From: Rhina ancylostomus
Taxonomy: Eukaryota
Assembly: GCA_030265395.1 (NCBI GenBank)
Contig: JARFYF010000112.1
Span: forward strand, 62,236,894 to 62,300,893
Direction: 5' to 3'
DNA length: 64,000 nucleotides
The notes beneath the pieces are model-generated. The model did no database searches, was not told the origin of the DNA, and was given only the letters and a program-made list of their open reading frames with translations. Shown piece by piece: positions 12,260 through 24,405 of the stretch (its first letter is position 1; the number at the start of each line of letters is the position of its first letter). The translations under genes were made by a program, and so were the position numbers.

Positions 12260-12462
12260 AAAAACACAGGTGATGCTGGAGGAACTCAGCAGACCAGGCA
12301 GCATGCGTGGAGAAAAGCAAGCAGTCAACATTTTGGGTCAGGAACCTTCTCAGAAGTGTTGACCACCTGCTTTTCTCCATATGCTGTGCAGCCTGTTGAT
12401 TTTCTCCAGCACCATTGTGTTTTTCTTCTAGATTCCAGCATCTGCAGTTCTTTGTTTCTCTA
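12260..12462. mobile_element. Head-to-head pair of PLE pLTR fragments forming a hairpin
   Basis: aaaacaca..tgctggaggaactcagcag..gcagcatg..tggagaaaagcaag pairs with cctgcttttctccatatgctg..ctgttgatttctccagca..tgtgtttt. Confidence 0.75.
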
Positions 12463-12839
12463 ATACTAATATGAAACAGCACAAGGTCAGGAAAGAGTTC
12501 AATGTCTACAATTCACAGAACTTCTGAATGGACTGAATCAAGCACGAATGATTGGATGCTTAAAGAAAGGACTGCATCATGACATGGAGACAATACTCTA
12601 AAGATCCACTGAAGAACACCATTGCCAGTATGGACTTATTAAAGTCAGCCCAATACAGCATAGACAGATTGCAACAGGACAGACTGAAAATAGTCATGTC
12701 AGAGTTGAAAATATTGGACATGATCCAGAAAGGGAAGATCAGAGGAAGTGACATTGTGACACCAAAGCTGTCAGGAGGAAAGAGAAAAGGTTCAGAGTCT
12801 GCAGTGATTCAAAATCAGAGTCTAGATGCAAGCTGGTGG

Positions 12840-13650
12840 ATTAAAGTTAAAGATGCATGTAAATGGGATAATGCAGCAATCAATGGAGACTTTAATCTAA
12901 CACTGAGTGGATGCATCAAATTTGCTGTAATAAAGAGGAAGATGAATTCATGGAATCTATGCCAGATATTTTTTCTGGATCAATATGTTGAGGAATCAAC
13001 TAGGGAAAAGGTTATTTTGCATCTTGCTCTATGCAATGAGAAAGGCTTAATTAATGATCCTGTTGTAAAGGAACCTTTGGTGAAGAGTGACCATTCTTGA
13101 ATTTGACATTGATTTTGAGAGTGATATAGTGCAATGTGAAACTAGGATCATAAATCTAAATGACAGATGTTATGAAAGCATGAGAGGCAAAATTCATGCA
13201 GAGTTATGATAGTTGACGTGCAATGGTTTGCATTTAAAAGAAGTAATGTATAAGTTGAAAGGAAATACATTTCTTTAAGGCACCAATAAACAAAATGAAA
13301 AGTTATTCATCCATGGCTGAAAGAGAAATTAAAGATAGTGTTAAATCGAAAGAAGAGGCTTGTAAGGTTGCCAGAAACAGCAGTAGACCAGAGGATTAGG
13401 AAACTTTCAGAACTCAGCACAGGGGGACCAAGAAATTGATAAAGAAAGGCAAGATAGAAAATGACAGTAGACGAGTAAGAAACATAAACACAAACTGTAA
13501 AAGCTTCTGTAGCGATTATAAAAAGGAAAAGGCAATCAAGGACAAGTGGCAGGCTCTGCACAGACAGAGACAAGGGAAATTATAATGGGAAATAAGGAAG
13601 CAGAGGAATTAAATGATTACTTTGAATCTGTCTTCAAGGATAAGGCACAC
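12840..13650 (+). mobile_element. CR1-like LINE APE endonuclease and linker fragment
   Basis: GDFN...FLDQYVEESTREKVILHLALCNEKGLINDPVVKEPLVKSDH (APE endonuclease GDFN and SDH motifs), followed by linker with stops and frameshifts. Confidence 0.85.
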
Positions 13651-13659
13651 AAAATCTTA

Positions 13660-13948
13660 AATTGGTTTACTATTGTCTCGTACTGAGGTACAGGAAAAAG
13701 TTTGTGTTGCATGCCATTCATACAGATCATTTCATCACATCAGTACATTGAGGTAGTACAAGGGAAAAGCAATAACAGGGTGCAGAATATAGTGTTACAG
13801 TTACAGAGAAAGTGCAGTACAGGCAGACAATAAGGTGCAAGGCCATGATCAGGTAGACTGTAAGATCAAGAGTCCATGTTATTATAAAAGAAGTCCATTC
13901 AATAGTCTTATAGCAGCAGAACAGAGGCTGTCCTTGAGCCTGGTGGTC
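13660..13948 (-). mobile_element. Rex1-like LINE 3' UTR/tail
   Basis: ttggtttactattgtc..tactgaggtacag..cagtacattgaggtagtacaag; same UTR on + at 34830-34945 and 45775-45907. Confidence 0.75.
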
Positions 13949-13954
13949 CATTAA

Positions 13955-14265
13955 CATAGTCAAAGTCTCCTTGATAAAATCCAATATTCCCTCTGACCAT
14001 TAAGAATCTCTGACCCATGGCTACTCAATGTGGAGAAGGAGCATTCAGGATGGTATTGACAACCTGGAGAGCATGTCTCAGGAGAACATAGATGTCCTGC
14101 ATAAGAGGTGGAAGGAGTGCACAACCTCAGAAACTACATACATGGCCACACATTCTGCAAACTGTGGAAGTTTGCAGTTCTTACATATACCTCATTATGA
14201 ACCTCAGAGCCCACAATACCAGTGTAGTAATAAGTCATTCTCAATTCCCAATGAACTATCTAAGA
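13955..14265 (+). mobile_element. RTE-clade LINE ORF C-terminus
   Basis: KVSLIKSNIPSDH*ESLTHGYSMWRRSIQDG...RWKECTT and decayed terminal zinc-knuckle (VCSSYIYLIMNLRAH), typical of RTE C-termini. Confidence 0.65.
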
Positions 14266-14289
14266 GGTGATAGATTCTGGAATTGTTAG

Positions 14290-15110
14290 GTAGTAAATGT
14301 GACCCACTACTCAAGAAAGGAGGAAGAGAAAAAATAGGAAACCACTCACCTGTTAGCTTAACATCAGTGGTAGGGAAAATGTTGGAAGCAAAGAGGGGGA
14401 ATAAACAGATGTTCTCGGGTTGGTAGGCTGTGACTAGTGAGGTACCAAAGGGATCAGTGCTTGGGCCCATCTTTTCACAATCTATTATCAATGGTTTGCC
14501 TGAGGTGACCATCTGTCACATTCCAAAGTTTGCAGATGATATTGAATGAAGTGGGAATGTATATGGAGTAAGATGCAAAGAGGCTTTAGGAGCAAATGGA
14601 CAATCTGAGTGAGTATGTGAAAACATGACAGATGGAATACAACGTGGAAAACTGTGAGGTACTCCACTTTGGTGTGCGTGACAGTAAAGCAGAGAATTTC
14701 TTAAATGATAAAAGGTTGGGTATTGTGCACAAGTCACTGAAGGTCAAGGTGCTTATGTGGCAAACAATTAGGAAGGTAGATGGTATGTTGGCCATTGTAA
14801 TGGGGGGGGGGAGGTTTGATTACTAGAGTGAGGAAGTAGTATTGCAATTATATGGGATTTGGCACCTGGAGTATTAAGTATCAGTTTTCATACCGAAAAA
14901 ACTTATTTGCCATTGCAGAAAAGAGATATTAGACTAGTTCCAGGGATGGCAAATTTGTCATCAGAGATTGAATAGAATGGGACTGTGTTCTCGAGGGTTT
15001 CGACAAATGAAAGGAGGTCTCATTGAAACTTACAAAATTGTTAAAGGGCTTGAGAGACTAGATGCAAATGAGATGCTTCCCCTAGCTGACAACTCTTAGA
15101 ACCAGGGTGA
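14290..15110 (+). mobile_element. CR1-like LINE RT fragment
   Basis: VTPLLKKGGREK.GNHSPVSLTSVVGKMLE, VTSEVPKGSVLGP, SKFADD, QMEYNVENCEVLHFG motifs. Confidence 0.85.
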
Positions 15111-15169
15111 TGATCAAAAATTATGTTGAAGCAGCCATTGCAGAGTTAGAGTAGAATCTAGCCATATAG

Positions 15170-15530
15170 TCATGAGTATCTAGGGAGTAGGAGTTTGGAG
15201 ATGAGTTTGTTTGGAATTATAGTATTGAAGGCAGAGTTGTAGTCAAGAAACAATAGTCCAATGTAGGTGCCTTTGCTGTCCAGGTGCTCCAGAGATGAGT
15301 GTAGGGCCAGGGAGATGGCATCCGTTGTAGACCTGTTTTGGTGGTAGGCAAAGGGTCAAGGTTGTCTGGAATGCTGGAGCTAATGCGTTCCATGACCAGC
15401 CTCTCAAAGCACTTTATGATGGTGGATGTCAGAGTCACCAGTGGTCGTCATTAAGGCACGTTATTTTGTTTTTCTTGGGTACCGGAATGATAGTAGTCTT
15501 CTTAAAGCAGGTGGGAACCTCAGACTGAAG
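15170..15530 (-). mobile_element. Rex1/Babar-like LINE RT fragment
   Basis: Minus [31 protein letters not shown]. Confidence 0.8.
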
Positions 15531-16389
15531 CTAACAAAAAGCTTGAAAATTCCTAAAATGTTACCCAGAGCCTTACTTTAGATCTGTGAATTGTTTGTTT
15601 TTGAGCTGAACGTGAGGGTGCAGGAAACGTGCAGTATTAATGGCTGAAGGACTGTTTCCATAACATAGTTAATCACTGCCCAGCACCACCACCACCACCA
15701 CCCCCACCCCCCGGCCATCCCATAGCTGAAAAATCATAAAATCATTGGGTTTCCAGAAATCATAATGGACAAGGAAAGAATCACCACTAACCTTTGTCCT
15801 ACATATTGTAAATGGCTTTTATTACTCTTCGCCTCAGAGCCGGGACTCCCCCTTTCTGAATTATTTGTTGAAGCTGATTCAGTGTTCTCACCAAACTCTG
15901 TAGAAACTTCAAGTATTACTTAAACAACCCGGGGAAGGAGTAAAACAGTATTGTTATTAATTTCTCAGACATGTCATATCTATCACCTTTTTCCAGAAAG
16001 GGCCCTCCCTTTTCTTTTGAGTTTGAGTCCCAGATAAGCAATTTCAAGCTGCTTCAAATGCATATTCCCTTTCAGCCAGAAAATTTGGGCTTCTGTAAGA
16101 AAGTGAGTACCCTAGACCCTGCCCCACCCTCCAACCCCCAAGTACCTTCAAACATTCTTGTTCAGTCCCTGATCTGATGAGGATATCATGTTGCTGATAT
16201 GGACAAGTTTATACACCATTTTATGAAATCTTCAGGGGACATTCAATTCCACATGGTAGCTCAATGAAAGTATACATACCCTAGAGCATTATTTGCATTG
16301 GATAATTCTAGAGTCCACATTTAAGTGCACAGGCACAAGACTGCTTAAGCTTGCGAAAGTGTCAAGGGCCCATCATTCATATTTCTCAT

Positions 16390-16680
16390 AACATAGAAGG
16401 AAGCCATCCACAACATTCAGTCTATGCTGCCTCTCAGAACAATCTCTATCTCCCACATATTTCTCTCTCATGTGCTCATCAACTGCACTCTAGTTTTCCT
16501 CCCACCAATCTCTACTAGGGAAAATTTACTGTGACCAGTTACCCTACCAACCAGCAAATCTTTGGGATATAGGACGAAACTGGAGCACCCAAGGGAAATC
16601 CACAGGGTAATGGGGAAACATACAAATTCAACACAGTCAGGACCCAAGGTCAGGGTTGAACCCAGATCCTTGGAGCTAAT
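16390..16680 (-). mobile_element. Old V-SINE with CR1-type tail
   Basis: ctttgggatataggacgaaactggagcacccaagggaaatccaca (V-domain reverse complement) and ttgaaccc (B-box reverse complement). Confidence 0.7.
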
Positions 16681-19269
16681 GTAGTGCTTTTGAGTTGTTA
16701 GAAGTGCAAGCCATTACGCAAAGGTAGAGGTGTAAACAGAACTTCCATTTATTGATGCTCGTAACTTTCAACTAAACAGCAGTGAATGGTACAACAATGT
16801 ATCAAAGTCAGACCACAAGGTCTTAAAGATGGACAATGTACTGTGCCTTCCAGTACTCGAAGGAATACAGTCTACTCTTTTTAACTCAAAAGTAACAAAT
16901 TTGAATTATTTGTTAATTCAAATTGAAAAGAATCTCCTACACTGGTATATTAAAATTGTTTAATGTATGATCTCTTGTATTGATTACTGTCAGACTGATT
17001 AATAGCTCAGCCAGCTTAAAATTAAGAAATGGAATAAAATAAATAACATCGGTTGTAATTTTCAATCATAAATTCTGGTGCTATACATTAGCTAATTCTA
17101 TTTGAAGGAAAGCTTTATACCATGGGAGCATTATCAGCACACTCTCAGAAACACATAATCCACTCAAGCTGCTTGTGCAGCAGGAGTTGCTCAGCAGCAA
17201 AAGGAAAAGATTTTTTCCCAAGAGGATGAGACGGTAACAATTTTCATGGCCTTGCAGGAATTACTTGGCTTTTAGTGACACCAATAGAGATTGCATGGTT
17301 TCCCAGGTTCTTTAAGAAATTCTTGTGTAAATTTTCCAGATGCAGTGACTGTGAGTGAATCTCTATAATTTCAGTTGTATTGCGACAGCAGTCAGTATGT
17401 TATGTTCTGCATTGTTTATGGGCCTTGAGTCAGAGATCAGCAACCAGGCCAGATTTGGACCTGGCACTGCCTGAATATCAAAGGGGGATTGAGGTCTGGC
17501 AGGGAGTTGCATTGGTGGGAAGGGACATCTTGGTTTGGTGAAGAATACAAAGCTGAGAATGGCAGCACCTGAGGGGATGAGGTTCAGTAATGCAGGCTGG
17601 AGTGAGGAAGGGGTGGTGGCTGGTGGTCAAAGAATGATTGATAATAATAGCACACCAGTTTCCCCTGCTCCACATTCAGGTAAGTAAATGGGAGAAAATG
17701 TCCGTGTCGCACTGCAGACTATCGTAAATTTCTCTATTAATGAGCTCAGTCAATGCTGTTGACAGTTAGCTGCTGCTGGGCCAAGCATTTGCAGCAGGGA
17801 GTCTCAGCCTAATGCTCGATTCTTCCAAACTACTGTTTCAGACAAGGCGGAGGTTATAGATTTTTCCTTTCCTTGTATGGTGTGTGGAGTGCCTCCAATT
17901 GGAAATGTTAGTGTCACGTCAAGGAAAAATAGCTTTTTGAGTACAGAAATCAGACAATAACTTTGACTGCTCTGGTATCCTTTAAATAGCATATCTCTGG
18001 ATCTTTTAGTGCATAGAATTGCGTTAAGGAAACACAGCAAACCACCTAAGCACCAATCATATTGACATTTGAGGTTGTCTTAGTAGTTTATTCAAGTAGA
18101 ACTTTTGAGATCCCTAANNNTAATATCTGTCAATGTTGGGGACTGCAGTCACAAACATATTTTGGGGGTCCTAAATGTCCATATTCAAGGCCGCATCCAA
18201 AGACCTGTAAAATAAATTCTTGTCTGTAGGTTTAATAGAACAAAACCTGATGCAGTCTTATTTGATTGGTGCATTATCTCATTGTAAACCCTAATTTACT
18301 CTGTAGTCTGTTTTTAACAGAAGTGAGCCAATTGTCCCCTCAAATTTATTCTTCAATAAGGTCCTGAGTGCTCTGCAGTCTAACTCACATGCCCACCTTT
18401 TTCTCATGAACCTTAATATCTTTAATTATGAAGGCATTTCAGATTTCAAGTTAAGAATTGTTACAGCAACTTGCTTCTCACAACCCTCTGCTCAGAGAAG
18501 AAATTCAAGAAATCTCTTGGTGGAGATGAATGCACTATATAGCTGCAGTGATATATTGTATGCTGGCTCTGAACTTCAGTTCCATTTATGAGACTGCACC
18601 TTAGAGGTACTGAACAATGCTTTCTTGCTATCATCTTGCACAATTGCTACTGGAGATGAGGGATGAATTCCTGAATTCACTCGTGAAAGACTTGGCACTA
18701 ACTTTTTAACTATAAATTGCTCAATCAGCTGAAAGCACTTCTCCCCATTTCTGTTTCCAGTTTCCCTTAATGTCATGAAACTTTCAAAGAATGTAACAAT
18801 AATGTAAATATACAGTGATCATCTGAATGAATTGGGTCTATTCAAAAAATGGACATTCCTCACTGGTTAGTGTGTTTTTTTTAGAGAAGTTGTGTTCCTG
18901 CTTTTAAACTAATAAGCACAACTGAGTTTGAGTCAGTTCGATTGTTCCTCTTTTTCTTATAACTAGGTAAGTTATGTTGTATTCATTCAGTGGGTGTTGA
19001 AGCTTTTCCAAATAATACCCACCTCACATCACATGATAATCTTTGATTGAAGATTTTTCCAGTCAACATTTTGATTTTCTTCTTCAGCCTTGCAGTTTTG
19101 TAGAATAAATGTGCTTCTGTGAGGCTGCGCTGCATTTTTGAGATCCAAACATGACCTCCTGCTATTTAATGATTTCTTTTCCCAGAGGATCTCCACAATT
19201 TAACAACGTACATACTTTCCCTTCATAATTTTCCTGGGCATTGTGTTAATTTTCCTATCTTATATTTCC

Positions 19270-19960
19270 ATACAACATACAACAATACAGCACAGAAACA
19301 GGGCCTTTGGCCCAAGATGTCTGTGCCGAACATGATGCCAAATTTAGCTAATCCCTTCTGCCTGCATGTGATCCATATCCCTCTATTCCCTGTATAATCA
19401 TTTGTCTATCTAAAAGCCTTTTAATTGTTGCTATCATATCAGCTTCCACCACTACCTCTGGCAGCACATTCCAGGTACCTACCACTGTCCATGTGGAAAA
19501 AAAGCCTTGCCCTGCACATCTCCTTTAAACTTTTCCCCTCTCATCTTAAAGCTATGCCCTCTAGTATTTGACATTTCTACTCCAGGAAAAAAGATTCTGA
19601 CTGTCTACCCTCTCTATTCCTCTCATAATTTTATAAACTTTGATCAGGTCTCTCCTCGACTTCCAATAGAGGAAAAAATACAAGTTTGTCCAACCTCTTC
19701 TTGTAGCAAATAACCTCTAATCCAGTCAACATCCTGACGGATCTCTCCTGCACCCTCTCCAAAGCCTCCACATCCTTCCTGTAATGGGGCAAGCAGAATA
19801 CACACTCTACACCAAGTGTGGCCGGCCTAAACTAAGTTTGATATAGCTGGGACATGATTTCCTAACTCTCATGCTCACTGCTCTGCCTGATGAAGGCAAG
19901 CATGCCATAAGCCTTGGAACCCAAGATTCCTCTGTATATCAATGCTGTTGAGGGTCCTGC
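19270..19960 (-). mobile_element. CR1/HER1-like LINE 3' region
   Basis: Tail acagcacagaaacagggcctttggccc; ttaaagctatgccctctagt (TRGHSFK reverse complement); tgcaccctctccaaagcc. Confidence 0.85.
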
Positions 19961-19961
19961 A

Positions 19962-20272
19962 TTAGAACAAGACCATTCAGGCATTGAGACTTTACTGGCT
20001 CTCATACCAATCCTATCAATCTGATTCCCCCAGTTATTTCCCTGTAGCTTATTGTCTCTTGCATTTCCATAAGCTTTACACTGATTCTCCTACCACCCAA
20101 CTACACTAGAGCAAATTTACCTAATAATTGGATGTCTTTGAGATGTGGGAGGTAACCAGAACACCAGGGCAAAATCCACACCGTCATGTCGAAAACATAC
20201 AAATTCCACACAGACAACACTGGAGGTTAAAATTGACCTGGGTTGCTGGAGCTGTGAGAAAGCTGTACCATC
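19962..20272 (-). mobile_element. Old V-SINE
   Basis: gtctttgagatgtgggaggtaaccagaacacc V-domain reverse complement. Confidence 0.7.
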
Positions 20273-20934
20273 TGAATCATGATCAAATAATCCAAGTTTA
20301 GGTTGGAGTTACCAAACTGCATGATTTTATTTTGAGAATTGATGAACAATTCAATTTATTGCCAGTGACTTCATTTTCAAGAGTTGCTGTATTAAATACA
20401 GTATTATCATGTTATCAGCAGATTGATGCCTTCTTCCACAAAAACCTTTGGTATCCTCTTAAAAGGAAACCAAATGTCATGAACATACATGATATCAAAA
20501 CTCGGGTAAAGATTTTGTTTCTTCTGCAGTAATTTATGAAATCTAGTAAGATGGTTTTCCATCAGAAAGGTTCAGTCTAATAGCAACTATATTTGTCAGG
20601 AAAGCATTCTTAGCACAAGCAATTGTTCTCTGAAGGATTTAATTTGATACAGAAATAATCCAGAACAAAAAAAACAGATAAAGCATTTTTCTTCAATAAA
20701 TGAAGAAACTTTAACTTGTCAATAATCAAGAAATATGGTATAATTTGGGTGAAGCAATGATCTCCCATTAACATATTCAAAGTAATAACATAGAATGTAC
20801 TCACAAACCCTCCTTCACTATAGTTTTACAGCTAGTTATACTGTCTAGTTTCACAATCTGCTTCAAGGTGAATGAAGAGGGCTCTGGATAATGTAAAACT
20901 AGTTTACTGGTCCGTTTTCAAGTAAGGCCTTGCA

Positions 20935-21195
20935 GAGTGATAAGCACAGTGACACAGCTAGTAAGCAGATACCTCAAAATTCTAGCAACCAGATTCAATT
21001 CTGACCTCTGGTGCTTTTCGTGTGAAGTTGGTAAGACAATTGGCCTCTGTAAATCGTCCCTAGCGTAGGTGGGTGGTAGAATTTGTGGGGAGAATGACCT
21101 GATTCGTGTAGGATTAATGCAGAAGAATACTCTATGGTTGTTGTGGATTCAGTAGGCCAAAGAGTTATGCAGCACAGAAATAGCCCTCTGTCTCT
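20935..21195 (+). mobile_element. Old SINE (tRNA head, CR1-type tail, internal deletion)
   Basis: gcacagtgacacagctagta...gattcaattctgacctctggtgc...aattggcctctgtaaatcgtcccta. Confidence 0.55.
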
Positions 21196-21375
21196 AATGA
21201 TGGGTCCATTCACGTTGTTCAAATGTCTTCTTGAGATCAATGTTAGAATTGAGGCAAAGAATTGATGGAGCTTTCAGCCGGCCTTGATGAAAGTTCTTCT
21301 CAAAGTTTTGGTAATTTCAGTGGAGAGAATGTCCTCTTTTCCATTGTTGGTTATTGTCAGATGTCAATTTTGAGG

Positions 21376-21676
21376 ATAAGATAAGATGTCTTATTAGTCA
21401 CATGTACATCGAACCACACAGTGAAATGCATCTTTGCATAGACTGTTCTGGGGCAGCCCGCAAGCGTCACCATGCTTCTGGCGCCAACATAGTATGCCCA
21501 CGACTTCCTAACCCGTACGTCTTTAGAATGTGGGAGGAAACCAGAGCACCCGGAGGAAACCCATGCAGACAAGGGGAGAACAAACATACTCCTTACAGAC
21601 AGCAGCGGGAATTGAACCCGGGTCGCTGGCGCTGTAATAGCGTTATGCTAACTGCTACACTACCATGCCTGCCCCT
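21376..21676 (-). mobile_element. Young full-length V-SINE with Rex1-type tail
   Basis: Reverse complement of 6237-6536 at high identity; both give SAWVSSGCSGFLP.SKD.RVRK pseudo-ORFs. Confidence 0.9.
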
Positions 21677-22674
21677 GCTATCTAGCAACAGTGACATCTT
21701 CAAGATAAGCAACCAATCACATTAGACAAATTTCAAAGAAGTCAAATTAGGAAGGAAAAAGTACAATGTTTAAAATTTTAGCATATTATGTGTATACATA
21801 ACAAATAATCATTGAACAGACACATGATTATGGTAGAGGAAATAACATAAGCAATCCTTTTAAAATGTATTATGCATTGCAATATTTATTTGAGGGAATT
21901 ACAATATGCATGTATAAAATTTATATGGTAGGGACAGAGAGTTTGCTGAGTTATAATTATGACTTAGTGCATCATTAAAAATTCAATTGGACCTCACATG
22001 ACTGAACATGACATTTTCAAGGTATTTACAGGCAGATGAGCTCATAAATCCTTGAAGTCCATGTCAATTGAACGGATTCCATTTGGAGAAGACTACACAC
22101 AGCGTGGTATGTGAAGGAGCACCAAATTACTGACAGATTTATGATTCCTCTAAAAATCACATAGACACGGAAATCCTATGAATCTTTTCACTTTCATCAT
22201 CATTGCCACTGCAAAATCTGGGCTTTCCATTTGTGTGTTTCATCAATAACCTCCAGCCCCCTCCCCCACCCCTGACCCCCTCCCCAACACACTTCCCACA
22301 ATCAGAACTCCTTTTGTGTAGTTCTCAAATAATTAAGCACTAAAAAGTAAGAAGTGATAATGTAAAGGCTGTGCTGACTGCAGAGCTTTGGAAATACAAT
22401 GGTTAAGGGAATATCCTGTCAGTAATTGTTTGGTTTCACTTTACCTTTACTTGAGAATTAGGAATAAATATTTAGAAGGTCATCATTTGTTTAAGGGGCA
22501 TCCTTTTCTGAGAAATATAATGCACAATTAATAATCAATGAAACATTGATCTTGATTCGACTACCATTAACAACTATGGAGTCATTAAAGAACATTGTAA
22601 AACTCTGATAATCTGCTATCTGACTATTCAGGAATCTTGATTGGCATCTGGCTTACCAGGTAATGTTTGCCTCA

Positions 22675-22813
22675 CTCCCTTCCAACTCACCAGGACTGTG
22701 GTTCTTCCACTTCCTTCTGACTCACCAGGGCACCAGTTCATGTACTCCATTCCAACTCACTGAGACCCCAGCTTCCCCACTCTCTTTCAATTCACCAGCA
22801 CCCTGGTTCCAAG
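22675..22813. repeat. Degenerate 35-bp minisatellite, 4 units
   Basis: Units start at 22675, 22710, 22745 and 22780 with consensus ctcycttccaactcaccaggnmccyrgttc. Confidence 0.75.
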
Positions 22814-22819
22814 TTCTTT

Positions 22820-23890
22820 TTAGAATCAGAATCAGATTTATTATCACTGACTTATATGATGTAAAATTTATTGGTATGCAGCAACAGTATGGTGCAAAGG
22901 CATAAAAATTACAATAAATTACAAAAATGATACAAATAATGTGGTAGTGTTCATGGACCATTCAGAAATCTGATGGCAGAGGGGAAGAAATCAATGAGTG
23001 TGGGTCTTCAGGCTCCCGTACCTCCTCCCCGATGGTAGTAACAAGAATAGGGCATGTCCCAGATGGCAATGGTTCTTTAATGATGGTTGCAGCCTTCTTG
23101 AGGCACCGCATCTTGATGATGTCCTCAATGGCGGTGAGAGTTGTACCCATGATGTAGCTGGCTGAGTCTACAACTCTCTGCAGCCTCTTGTGATCCTGTG
23201 CATTAAAGCATCCAAACCACGCTGTGATGCAACCAATCAGAATGCTCTCCACCGTGCACCTATGGAAATTTGTAAGAGTCTTTGGTGAATCTCCTCAAAC
23301 TCCTAATGAAGTAGAGCCACTTGTGTGTCTTCTTCATGATTGCATCACTGTGTTGAGCTGAGGCTGGATCCTCTGAGATGTTGATGCCCAGGAATTTGAA
23401 GCTGCTCACCCTTTCCACCACTGATCCTTCAATGAGGACTGGTGTGTGGTCTCCCGACTTCCCTTTCCTGAATTCTACAATCAATTCCTTGGTCTTGCTG
23501 ACGTTGAGTGTGAGGTTGTCATTGCGACACCACTCAAACAGCCAAACTATCCCACTCCTGTACTCTATTTAAGATTCTACAAACAACAATGATGTCATCT
23601 GCAAATCTATAGATGGATTTTGAGCTGTACTTAGCCACACAGTCATGAGTGTAAGAGAGTAGTGCAGTGGGCTCCGCTTGTCTCCTTGATGTGCACCTGT
23701 GTTGATTGTCAGCGAGGAGAAGATATTATTACTGATCCACACTGATTGGTCTCCCGATAAGGAAGCCGAGGAACCAGTTGCAGAGGGAGGTACAGAGGCC
23801 CAGGTTTTGAAGCTTGGTGATTAGTACTGAGGGGGCAATGATGTTGAACACCAAGCTGTAATTGATAAATAGCAGCCTTATGTAAACTGA
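22820..23890 (-). mobile_element. Rex1/Babar-like LINE 3' ~1.07 kb
   Basis: ITKLQNLGLCTSLCNWFLGFLIGRP, VERVSSFKFLGINISED, ESILIGCITAWFG...KRLQRVV; (tctgat)n tail. Confidence 0.9.
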
Positions 23891-24307
23891 CTCACTTCCC
23901 ACATTCCCTTTATAATTAACTTTTATTTTGGTACAATTCTGTATTATAATAAATTTCACAATGAATCCAGCAATTTTAAAGTATTCTGGGCTATTAATAA
24001 CATCCAACAGTCCAGAAAATCTGCTTGTCTGGCACTATGATAGTCTCTGCAGTTATTTCACTGTAGTTTACTCTTTGATGTTGTATGTCAGGCTCCATGT
24101 AAAACAAGGGAATATTAAAGAAAATTATTTCATTTATATAACACCTTTTATAGCATCAGGTCAGCCCAAAGGGCTTATCAGCCCATTACTTTCAGATTGG
24201 AGTCATCTCTGCAATATAACAAAACATCTTACAGGAAGCATCCATGTTTAGTGCAAAATGAGGGATTGTCTCAATGTTCTCTGCTACTTGAATTATTCTC
24301 TCTCCTC

Positions 24308-24405
24308 AGTTCTTATGCAGGGTCTCAGACCTGAAATATTGAATGTTTCTCTTTCCATAGATGCTGCTTGACCTGCCGCATTTTCCAGCATTTTCTATCT
24401 TTATT
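24308..24405 (+). mobile_element. PLE pLTR fragment with decayed hammerhead core
   Basis: agttcttatgcagggtctcagacctgaaatattg...atagatgctgcttgacctgc...ttccagca. Confidence 0.7.

Noticed and set aside
12579-13100. 173-aa ORF as a host gene
   Set aside because: Its C-terminal half is a CR1 endonuclease remnant; the rest is chance read-through.
17559-17679. ATG-initiated 40-codon frame ending at CAG|GTAAGT
   Set aside because: No recognisable product, promoter or CpG context, or downstream partner exon.
22675-22813. CRISPR-like periodicity
   Set aside because: Eukaryotic context, no cas genes, and units are similar along their whole length with no unique spacers.
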